Source of the DNA: Hyphochytrium catenoides
Taxonomy: Eukaryota > Protista > Hyphochytriomycota
DNA: 64,000 nucleotides
Reading direction: 5' to 3'
Assembly: GCA_900088475.1 (NCBI GenBank)
Contig: FLMG01001983.1
Span: forward strand, 1-64,000
Below are positions 1 through 11,418 of the stretch, in pieces. The stretch's first letter is position 1. Each line of letters opens with the position of its first letter. Position numbers and translations under genes: made by a program. The notes beneath the pieces are model-generated. The model searched no databases, was not told the origin of the DNA, and saw only the letters and a program-made list of their open reading frames with translations.

Positions 1-1785
1 CTCTCGTTTGTCTCTCCTTGAATGTACGCCGCCCAACACAGCCGCCATAATAGATCCAGAACCATCTGCTAACAAATAAAGGACGGATCTCACAACACCA
101 GCCAGCCCTCGTTATTAGCTTACCCCGCCCCACCCTACTAATAGAGAGAAGAGGCAAAAGCTAATAACTCACTCTTGAAGACTTCATCGGCGCCTTCCTT
201 GTTCCCCTCTACATCAGCATAATCGCCGTCATCGTCAGAACAAAGCATACCAGACTTGGGTTTGAAGAAGAGATTTAGTCCACAGGTAATAAGGAGGCTA
301 TGCTAGTAGGCTTCCTCAAAATCTGGTGTTATTTCTCCTCGAAAATATGGGCAACAAGGAATTGCTAATAATGGGAAGGCAATTAGACGTGCATCATGCT
401 CCTCGCTGCTGCTCTTATAGTTAATCATCATCTCTCGTACATATCGCCACCAGCATCATCATCGTCATCGCTCGTCATCAGTTACTACTGCTAGTCCTAG
501 CGTTCATTTACAATGAGAGGAGTTTACCGACGACCAAGGTGGACGCAGCGTCTTCTCTTCGTACCACTTCGTTCCCCCTTCAGCGTGGTTCTCCTTACTA
601 CTACTGCCGCTATGGATATCAACGGTATTAGTGTTGATCAGTGACAGTGCGTTGCTGTTGGCCTCACAAATCTCGAGAAAGTCAACGGAGACCGAGATAT
701 TAAAGAAGAAAGAGGAAGAAATCCCATCAATAATAATAATCATTCTTCTTTGTTGTATGCCCGAGAGGCATGATGCACCAGCTCAGTGCATGACCCTATT
801 CCTAAATAATAAGGGAAAGTGCTCATGCATGCCGACGACAGCAGAACGAAAGCTTTTCTCTTCTTGGCGGAACTTTGTGCGACCCGCTACTCTTATAGTT
901 GCGTTGATATTATCTCTTCTTCTTGGAGCACATACTATTGACGGTAGCAATTAGCTAGTGAAGAAATGAAGACTTCAGCATCCGAATACTTTGGAGGAGG
1001 CCATTATGGCTTGCAAGGAGGAGGGATCCTACTTACTTCTCTCCTTTCTTCTCCACTTAAAACTGTACTATTGTTATGTTGCTCTCATCATCATCAGCCT
1101 GCATAGTAGTTAGACCTTATCATCATCATCGTCCTTGTACTTTGTCAGGTGAAGACCTCATTGTTATTTATGGGAAATAAACTTGAGATTAGGTGTGACG
1201 GACATTGTGAAGCACTATGGGACTGCAGACAGACAACACACACACAGACGCTTGGGTGTTGTGTCCTTCTCAGCAAGCGTACTACTAGTTCTGTCCCTGC
1301 CTCAAACAGCTAAACTCGCCATTCAATCTATTACTACTTCAGCTGCATCGTGCTCTATTTTGCCTTTTTTGAGGACGCTTCTCGGTGCTAGTTGGTAGTT
1401 AAAGCCTTATAACCTTTTCTAAAGGAGGCTCTAGTGCATTGTATCTACAACATAGATGAAGGTTGGGCGACAATCTCAGGTGACGCCTCCTTTGGCTGAT
1501 TGGCCCTGGGGGAGATCTGGTTCGCGGCCCGGTGAGGGAAAGGAGATCTGGATGAATTTCTGTAACAGAATAATCGGGAAATCTTCGACTGAAAAGCCGA
1601 TAACTGTGATCTCATAACTCCTTGGGAACAGACGCTGGGTAACCCGCCAAGCAATCTGCTGCAGAGCTTCCTCAAAAGGGCTGCCTTTCTATCTCACTGT
1701 TCTCGTTGTTCGAGGCTTTTTGACTGATTGACGGTGGACCAACTGCGGTTCGATCAGAGAACCGCGTTGCCCTTCGCCACCAAAC

Positions 1786-3184
1786 ATGGCACCTATCCTT
1801 GTAGACGACGTGAATCTTCACAATCAAGGTGAGGTCACTAATGTCAATGCTACCCTTTTTCCCCTTAAGTGAGGTTCTTCTGCTTCTCGGCTTTCTGTTA
1901 TCTAGCTATGCCCTCCTTTCCAATGGTGAGAAGCGCGTTCCATCTTGATCCGACTAGCTTTGTAGCTTTTTGCCCTCCTTTGTGGTGCTCTTTCCCTTCC
2001 TCTTAAACTTTAAGCATATCACAGGAGAGCTTAGTAGCTTTCTCCCTGTAGGCTGGGGAAATGTCCTCACAAGCATCTCGCCTTATGCCTGGGGGAATCT
2101 TGGAGTAGCATTCGGACTGGGCTTCTCTATCGTTGGGGCTGCCTGGTAACGATCACATGTCCCTGTCGCTTGACCATCTCTCATCACTTCGGTTATTGGC
2201 GTCTCTCAAGCTGCGTTGTCCTCTCACTGACAACATAGTTCCCATACTCTGCTCAATTCTTTCTTTGGCGTTAGGGGCATCTTCCTGACAGGCTCAAGCT
2301 TGTTAGGTGCCGCCGTTAAGGCGCCAAGAATCCGCTCAAAGAACCTCATTAGGTATCATTTACCCTACTCTCTTTCGCATAAAGAGCAGTTTGTTTTACT
2401 GTTCATTTGGCTTTATCTGCCTCCTTGTACGTGCCTTCATTTGGCTTATGCTAAAGGAGATCGTGGCATCTCTCCTTGAGTCTCGCCCTGTCTCTCCTCA
2501 GTCGACATACTGGTGCCAACATCCTCTGTCTCTTCTTTGGCCAGCGTTATCTTTTGCGAAGCCACTGCTATCTACGGCGTCATCATCGCAATCATTCTGA
2601 CCAACAAGATCCCGGCGTTGAAGGACAAGACCGGAGATTTCCCCGACGACTTTAACTGGGAGAAGTTCTACTTTGCAGGCTATTGCGTTTTTGCCGCAGG
2701 GCTCTCGGTGGGACTGACAAACCTTGGAAGCGGGTAAATAACCTCGTCTGGACCCTTGCATTGCCTCTCTCTTACCTAAGAGCTGCTCAATAGAAATGCC
2801 CATACCTTGCTATTCTCAATCTTCTCTCTTTCCTCTTCTGGCTCTCAGGCACTTCTAGATATGGTTTGATTTGCCCCGTAATTATCTCTTTTCTACATCC
2901 CTTCCTTGTGACGTCCCTCGAGAACCTCTTCTGATCTCTCGTCTCTCTCTTTGACATGCGGTTGGGCTTTGGTGTGTCTCCTCTGGCTTATTCAACTGTG
3001 TTTTCCCTCTTCGTCCTACAGCCTTTCTGTGGGCATTGCAGGCAGTAGCTGTGCGCTGGCAGATGCTCAGCTCCCTGAACTCTTCGTGAAGATCCTGATC
3101 GTGGAGATTTTCGCATCCGCCCTTGGCATTTTTGGGGTCATTGTGGGGATTATCATGTCAAACGCCGCCGACTTTCCCAACTAG
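1786..3184 (+). CDS. VMA16: V-type ATPase 21 kDa proteolipid subunit c'' (5 exons)
   Basis: The spliced exons read [89 protein letters not shown]...[52 protein letters not shown]. All junctions are GT-AG and keep frame. Confidence 0.96.
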
Positions 3185-3584
3185 CAGGCAATCCCTGTTG
3201 TCTCTCTCTTGGCACTCTTCTTCCTTTCGTTGGTCCTCACAAGAAGATATTATCATCTCCCACTTATCCTTTCCGTCACTCATTCCGTCTTTCCTGGCGT
3301 TCATACGTCTCTTGCCTCTCTCGTCTCTTCCCTTCTTTGCCTGCATTCGTCTGTTTTCCTCTCTACTAGTGATACAGACATATGACATCATGCATTAGCG
3401 TTAAATGGGATAACTCTGGCATCTGTGGCGCATACTTCTTTCTGCTCCTCCTTTTTACTTAGCCCCTAAGGTTAAGGGAAAGACATCAGATTGAGACACC
3501 AATAGAAAACAATTGGAGGTACAGACGAGATGAGATGAAGTTTGCTGCAGCAGGATTGTGGGGACTTTCCGCAAGTAAAACTTA

Positions 3585-6500
3585 TCAAGGGGCGCTAGAG
3601 GTTCCGGGCTTACCTCGGAAACCGTCTTTATCCCCTTTGCTTCCACCTCTAGCTGCTTCCGCCTCTAGCTTGGGTTGGCTCTGGCCATCACCCCAGGCTA
3701 CAGAGGCTCTTCTGCCCTTCTCAGATGATCGAGAACCACTACTTTTCTCTTCTACAGCTTCCTCTTTCTTCTCTCTTCCCTTATGTCTCTCTCCTGATTT
3801 AAATTCGGGTCTCAGGAACTCCTCAAAGTCTTCGTCTACTACAGGCTTCTTAGGCTTGGGCGGCTCCTTGAACCCCGCGTCTATCTCAACTTTCTTAACT
3901 GCCTCAGAAGGTAGAGAGTCTCTGCCAAAGCTCATTGGGTTGCCCTTCGCATCAAAGCGAGGACGGACGATAGAGCCCGAACGGACCCGATCAAACTCTT
4001 CGTCATCTATATAGAGATGCAGCGCAGACATGCATAGTCAAAAGAAAGCGTACAGTCTCACACTATTATCTGCTGCTTCTTTGCTCAAGCTTCAGAATCC
4101 TCTAGGAGTCCTTATCTTAGGTTGTCGTCCTTGATACGTGCCACTTACCAGATGACTCCATATCGTCGAAGGTGTTGCAAAGATCTTCTGCGTTCTCCAA
4201 CATGTGGTCAAGTTCCTATGCCGGAAAGAAGAAGTGGACAGGAACAGAGGACAAAGATTGGAAAAAACGACGCAAGAGACAGGGAGAACGAGAGAGGATG
4301 AGACAGAAGGCAAGGAAGAGGTGTTCGTTAGTGTGGGAAGCAGGAAGGGGCAGAGAGACCAATCTCTCGTCTAGCGATTACGCCCTACACTGACCTCTTT
4401 CATCAGCAGCGAGAGCTTCCTCAGATGTGCAAGAGAGACAGGCTGCTTCACTTCCCACTGCTTATCGCTAAAGAGAGAGGCAGACGGCTTATCATCTCCG
4501 TCCTTGATGGGTTGCGGCGGCGTGGGTTGAGCTTGTGTGCTAGGTTGGGTTTGACTATTACTCTGTGAATTATCCCGAAGAAGCTCCGCACTAAGTTTGT
4601 CCTGCTTCTCTGCTGACAGTATTGCTCCAGGCGGGGCTGCCTTGGGTTGAAGGCTAATGACCCGTCCCATGGACTGCTTCCGTGGGGAGCCTTCCCCTTT
4701 TATTGCAGCCTGCAGTTTGTCTGCCTTGCCAAAGGACTCAGGAGAGTTCTGGTGGAATGGGAAGGACTGATTGTACCTAACAAAGTGAGGAAGAAAAGGT
4801 TAGGAGGACGTGGGGAAGAGAGCTCTCTATGATCGAGACCCGCGAGAGATGAAGAAAAGGTGAAAGAATTAGGTATAATCATAAGAGACCACGAAGTCCT
4901 ATTCGAAGAGTGGGCCACCGGGAGTGAGAGAGAGAGAGAGATGAAGACGCAAAGACAGAGGAGTCGAGACTTTGTGAACAGGAACACAAACGCCAGAGTG
5001 TCTTCTGTTGGCAGGCGAAGAAGGAAAGACAGGCGCGAGTGGGTGTAGCAGCAAGAGTCAAATGATAATAAAGGTAGATGAACAGAGGTCTTCACTCTCC
5101 GATGTAAAGGGAGCAGTGAAGCTAGAAGATGGCAAAGTAAAAGTGATAGCTGAGAGAAAGAATCATATGTGACCCAGTAGCTATAAGTATGAGCGCGGAA
5201 GAGGGAGAAAGTCCCACGTTGGCCTTCCGAGCATCTCCAGGATATGGCCTCAACAAGGAGGAAGCAGCAGACGAATAGAAGCCAGAGAAAAGACTCAGAT
5301 TTCTTCTGTTATTACCTTCCGTACGGATTGTAGAGCGCCACCACGGTAGTCTGCACCACGAATAGTGCCAGGAGCTCCATACAAGTCAGAAACTTATTTC
5401 GTAAGTGTGGCGCCATTGTGGAGGCAAGCGCACAAGAGCAGGGTACCCAAAGGAACCACACGGCACCAGCCAGCATGAACTTGAAATAGAACCGTCGTTT
5501 GGAAGTATAATTCCTCAACGTCGTTGAGACAGAGTAGCAGAACCATGCAGCTGCCAGGCAGCGGATGAGGATGAGGATATAGCCAGGAGAGGTCTCGTAG
5601 AAGCTTCGAATAGCGACAGTGTTGTCTCCTCGAGCTGCGAGAGGAATATATGGAGGCAGGAACAGCAAGAGAAGAGTTAGAGGAACTGCGCATGTGAATG
5701 ACTGAGAAAGAGGGACAATTGAGACGGCAAGCCAGACAGGTGGGAGGTGTGAGAGCAAGGTGTGACGAAGGGTAGGAGTTCTGACAGTATGAGAAGGAAG
5801 ACATCGGCCCTTACCACTCCATAGCATCACTGCCCAGAACACAGTGTAATACACTGTCATGTACACAGCTACCTTTACCCTTCCATTGGCGCTGATCTTC
5901 CTCCTGACAATGGTCCACCCTTTCCCTATGAGAATCAAATGCAGGATCATCGTCATCTCACCAAAGCCAAAGAAAAATTTGCCTATAACTTGCATATAGT
6001 TGTACGAGGTTCGATGACCAGAGGAGCAATACGCTCCATAGTAACCTAGACCAAACTGCGATGGTTCGGCGAGAGAGAAAGAAGGAACCGTAAGAGAGAT
6101 CGACAACGCAACTTTGCCCATCACAGCGCAGACCAATAATGAGCGGAAGACCCGGTAAAGTAACAGGAAAGAACAAAGATTATGGAGACGTGACAGTATA
6201 GTGACGAGTCGAAGGAGATGGCAACCTCTACTATTGCCAAAGTGCCAGAGAAAGGAAAGAGACACGTTTCCAACTAAGGATAAACCCAGAGACATAACGC
6301 TGCCAGTGGGTTGAATGCACACGAAATGTCTATCTATTGGCTTGAGGAAGAGAGAGGATGCTGACTCACCAACACTGCAATGTATTGGAAGGCAATGGAG
6401 CCCACCACAAGCTGGAAGGTCTCGTGGAACTTGCCTCTTCGATGTAGCACTTTCGAAATCTTCACTGTGGCTAGCAGGAGAAGATTCTCCAGGACAAAGA

Positions 6501-7365
6501 ACGCTACAAATTGCTCCAGAATGCCAAGATCTTCCGCCGAGACTTGATTCACAAGGAAGTCCTCATTGGTGTTGGTCACCTCAATAATATACGAGAAGTT
6601 GAAGATTGGTCCCTAAGAGGAAACACGGGCAAGTACACATTGAGCTGCTAGGGATGGTTTGCTAGCTGTGGAATGATTAGTATAAGTAAGAGAAACGAGA
6701 AACAGATTGAGAGTGGGAATAGGACTTTAGTTTCTTGGCTGAGAGGAGCGGCCAGATCGCTAAAAGACAACCACTAGGCGTTGAACTTTGAGCTGACATA
6801 GTTGCGCAAAGCGTCAGAGGGGGCCGGAAGATAAGGAGGTAAGACCATGAACGAGCATGGCACGTACCTCGCACTCGCTCCCGTAGCAGCTCATATTGCA
6901 GTTCGCCAGCGCTAGGAGAACCCACTTGGCCGCCAAACTATTAGTCCTTGGCATCTGATAGGCACCCTTCGACTGCAGCATGCTTCCTGCCACAACGCTA
7001 TTTGCTGCTAGGTCTATCACGACATTGGCGTCTTTCCCCAAACCCGCGCAGGGGATGGCACCATAAAGGAGCTTATCTAGGCCAGAGACGTCGTCCACCC
7101 CGTACTCTGTGAGGAAGAATATGAGCAGGCTCGGGTGGGCGATCGGAGGGAAGGTAACATCGTATGTGATGGTGCCTGAGGACTCAGTAGCTGATGTAGT
7201 CTTATCAAAAGCGAAGCTATCGAGGAACACCGAGGACTGATACTGGATAATAGAACTCTCTGTTTTGAGGGCAAATGCTGGCCCCAGAACGCCAAACACA
7301 AAGAGAGAGACCAAGCTGAGAATAGAACTCAGCCTTTGGCTCTCTCCCTGATATAAAAGCCTCAT
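3585..7365 (-). CDS. TMEM145/GPR180-family 7TM membrane protein with long cytosolic C-tail (multi-exon)
   Basis: Signal-peptide-like N-terminus and a luminal domain (WVLLALANC). TM region has LILIGKGWTIVRRKIS, YETSPGY and KRRFYFKF. VALYNPYGR splices in frame to YNQSFPFHQ (TMEM145-type FPYH motif), which links the 4371-4670 and 3585-4031 ORFs as the tail. Confidence 0.8.
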
Positions 7366-7889
7366 TGTCGACTGTGGCAGGAGGCTGTGGCTTGCTGTAT
7401 CAAGGCTCGTCCATAGCGCACTATTCCACCAAGAGAGAGTTTGTCACGCCTTCGCACTCATTCATGACTTGTCCACCGTTGGCCTATAGGTGGCCTACTT
7501 TTTCAACGCTTCAATCTCGAGATCGCAGAACTTTAGCGGGAAGATGGCGCTAGTATAATTGCCCAACCCATGATCCCACTACCATCTACCACCCTCTCTC
7601 TTCGGTCAAACTTCCATCTCCCGAGCAGCCTGCTCCTTAGAAGACGCTGAAGAAAGGCGGGGAACCGGGATGCTAGGCGGAACAACTGACCAGACCTTGC
7701 ACTTCACGAAGCAAGAGGTCCATCATCCATCCCATCCCACCAGGACCTTGGACATCACGAGCCCACGTTGGCTAGTGAGACCGTCGACAGGCTTGCTAAC
7801 GGAGCCCAAGGTGCAGCCTGCCACCAACTGACCCAACACCTGGAAGAGCAACACAACAACGCGAAACGGACAATCCAGGTAGCGACCTA

Positions 7890-8370
7890 GTTATCAATTT
7901 TACCTTTCACTTGATTATCCTCAAAGGATCAGCCAAAGATCAAGAAGGATTTGATTCTTGTTGTGATCTGGTAACGGACGAAGGCCTCCCAAGGATGCAG
8001 ACTTCCTGAGATAAGTCCGAAAGGTAATTCTTTCAACTCCAGCAGCATGCACCAAGCCAGAGAAATAGGCTGGCACCTTCATCCGTGACTTACTAGCTAG
8101 CCAGCAGAGAAGAATGGTTTGCACCCTTGATCTCAATGATGCGCCTTGCTGGAGCATTTAGCTCTCACCCAGCCAAGCAGGAAGAATAGCGGGAAGGCGA
8201 GGAGGAGGAAATTTCCGTTTGAAAGACAGATCTCACAGGTGTCTCCCTCGCGATTTTGGGTGGAGGTGAACATGGTCTGTTCTAGGTTGTGACCATTAAT
8301 GAACGTGAAAGCCTTGGAAAGAACTCCGTCACAGTCCAGAATGGGACTTTGGTTGTCATTATAGGGTAGG
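7890..8370 (+). pseudogene. Decayed reverse-transcriptase relic, DIRS/Ngaro-like
   Basis: The frame from 8081 reads IRDLLASQQRRMVCTLDLNDAPCWSI*LSPSQ...NFRLKDRSHRCLPRDFGWR*. This resembles RT motifs A (xDLxDAY) and B (LPFG) but has in-frame stops. Boundaries are approximate. Confidence 0.45.
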
Positions 8371-8676
8371 TATGTAAAGTGGTGAGCCCATTCTGTGACA
8401 ATAGACCCGACACCGACCACGCACATGGACCTCTCGTGACGGGTTAGATCAGCCACTTAGATCTCTTTCCTAGGATCGAACGAATGCAAGCCCACACCTG
8501 CCCGAACCATTACGTCGATAACTCCTCGGTTGCTATTTCTCACTACAACGCTACTATTGACGGACTCGTAGGAAGAACACACCTTGCCTCTTCAAAAGGG
8601 AGACGTCTCAGCTGGACTGAAGCTGCGCAGAATGAAGGACAAATAGACTCTGTTCTTCTGCCTCACCTTCATCGAT

Positions 8677-10844
8677 TCATTCTTTAGACTTTCCCTTCTC
8701 CCGCCCTCGAGCTTCGGTGGTGATACCACCGTGCTCATCCCAGTTGGCTTCTTCCTCTTTCTTTTCCTGAACCCTAGCACTTTCCACCTCTCTACTTTCC
8801 AGGTTGATGAGCTTGTTGCTCTCCGCTGCTAGCTCAGCGATAGAAATCCTCCCTTTCCTATTGATAAAGCTAGCAACCTGCGGAGATCAGTAAGATAAAG
8901 ATTCGAAGGACGTTAGGATGGCCAGGGCTTGGTCCCGCGTTTCTCCCACCAATGCTTTCTATCTTCCAGTGTCATGATCATCAAGTCCTACCTCTTCTCC
9001 CACCCCTTTGCTCTCCTTCCGATAAGTCTCTCCCCTCTTTAGCTGCACTCGAACTTTTTGAGCTGCCTATTACTACGCTCTGTTTGATTTGCGTCCTCTT
9101 GATTATCCCCATATTACTTACCGCCAAGAGTTCTTCCTGCGTAATGTAGATGAACTTTCCTCTGTCGTCTATTACGCCGGTGATAATGTCCATGTCTAGT
9201 AAGCTCTTGATTCGATTAATTGCATCCTGAGGAGACAGCAAAGAGTGCGTACGGCCGCAATTGGACAAGTGAACATTGGAAGAGTGAAGTAGAAGTGGAG
9301 ACCTCTGTCCATGGCAGCCAAGAGGATGTTAAGAAAGGGCCTACCTGCGAAGTGAGGCCGAACTCTGCTGCTAACTCCTCTAACACCACAACCTTCTTCG
9401 CCTAAAGTTGACCAAAATGAGCCAAGAATAGCGTGTCTAAGCAGCTGAGATAGGCTAAACTGGAACCCTGCATACCTTAATATACTCTACAAATTGCTGC
9501 AGCCTTGCTTGGGACTCTTCAGAGGATTCCTCTTCTTTTGAGCCTTCTTCTTCGACCATAAAGTGGCTCTGTTTTGGTGGGATACATCTGAGCATATCGT
9601 TTCTCTATGACATGGAACGGAGCCTCGTCCCAATTCATTCCCCCGCTTCCTTCCATTCTGATCTATTAGAGCACCTGATAAGGTGCATTCTAGTAGCTCT
9701 GTCTTCCTTCCACGTCTATCTCTCTTTTGGTCCATTACACTTTGTCTGTTCTTTACCTTCCAATCATCGTATTCTTGAGCTTCCTTGGCTTCATGTTCGG
9801 CCTTCAGTCGGAGCTGTTCCTCCTCCTAAGGTGATACTCAGCATTCTGAGGCACGTCTACTTCTATATATCCTCTACCTTTGCCTTATCTTCCGCTTCTC
9901 TCTGTTTCTGCTTCTTTTTGTATGCCTGCACCCCACAGGAAGTAGGTGAATATGTCAGCTACAGCGTACGGGCGGCTAAAACAAACAGAAACCCCAAGGA
10001 AGCGGTGAAGCCAACCAGAAGGTAGTGCAAAAGAGTGCATGAGAGTCAATGAATGGCAGGAAAGGAGGAAACATGTACGTCGAAGCCCCGCCAGGGCAGG
10101 CAAGGACTTTCTTAGAGAACCGCACCTCATCCTTAGCGCTACGTCGCTTCTCTTTGTCTTCTCGTTGGGCATCGGTAAACTGTTACAATCAGAATCCATT
10201 TAGACCTCTCGAGGGAAGCGGTACAGAGATCTGCTTCCTACCCGACGATATTCCTCTCTTTCTTTCTTCTTCTGCTCTTTCAACACCTCCTTTCTGCTAA
10301 GCTTGGGCGCTTCTTTCTCTTCTTCATCCTTCACCTCTTCATCGCTCCGCTCTTGTTCTTTTTCCTCTTTTAGTTGATGGATTGGTAGCAGCAGAGGCAG
10401 CAAGAGGAAATGGCTGAGGAAGAAGCAATATGGAACAAAGGCATCATGGCTTACCCTCTTTTTCCTCCTCTTCAACCTGCTCCGCCCGTCGGTTCCTGCC
10501 TTTTCTTTTCCTTAGTCCTGCAAGACCTGCGTACCGACCGGAAAAGCTAAGTCTTGGAAGCTAAGGAGAGAAAACGACAAAGAGTGTCTTCTAACCTCCT
10601 GTTTTCTCTCTTTCTTTTTGCTTCGCCTTGTTTATTCTCGGGACATTCTTCTTTGACTTTTCCTCCTGTTTAAGTAAGTGGTGATGAGCTTGCTAGGCAT
10701 GCTCTCCGTTATTGGTATGACAGTGATTGACATTAAAACCTTTACCTCAGGCTCTGCTTTCCTTGTGATGTACCAGAGAATGCCTAAAATGATGGACAGT
10801 CCAAGGATGGAGACCACCAGGATGACAATATCCTCAGTCCTCAT
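8677..10844 (-). CDS. DDRGK1: DDRGK domain-containing protein 1 (UFM1 ligase adaptor UFBP1), multi-exon
   Basis: N-terminal TM anchor ([29 protein letters not shown]), Glu/Lys-rich coiled coil, [29 protein letters not shown], and last exon [26 protein letters not shown]. Confidence 0.93.
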
Positions 10845-11418
10845 CTTCGACCGAGCCCAAGAACTCACAGAGGTAAGGCAGTTTCTAGCAGCTTCCGGAG
10901 CTTCGGCGCTGCATTAGTGGAATCCTAACAAACAGCCAGCTAAACGCCACCGCCCTACACCCAGACACAGAGACACAATGCCTGCGCACGATAAGCTCTC
11001 TATTGTCTCTATCTCTGTGAACGCTCGGCCTCTGGAGCTCTCAATCAGAAGCTCAACAAGCACAGTTTGAAGACATCAACTTTCATCCGAAAGTATTCCG
11101 CGTAACCTATGCACAATAATGCCCTTCACGCTCGAAAATCCATATATTCGCCGCAAAAGCTCCTGGGGTTTATCTGAGGAGCCCCAATACTCGCCTTCGC
11201 TTCGAGAGTTTATGAAGCTCTGGCAGTTCTTCGAGCGGCATCTGTTATCGGCTCTGCTGGCAGGACAAGGAGGATGCAAAGCTCATACATAATAAGCGCT
11301 CTGTACTCAAACCCTGGTCATATCTGAAGCTTCAAACACTAGGTTTTGGTTGCGGTTTGTCTAAGTGTAGTGGGAGGAGGCAGTTGGATATCATCAGGCC
11401 TCACGAGAGACAGGGGAC

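Noticed and set aside
4172-4450. GatC-like reading of VSLAHLRKLSLL...ELDHMLE
   Set aside because: These exons splice in frame from the TMEM145-like gene, and the similarity is short and weak.
7549-7600. Helitron 3' end (CTAG) on the minus strand
   Set aside because: There is no subterminal hairpin and no Rep/helicase remnant.
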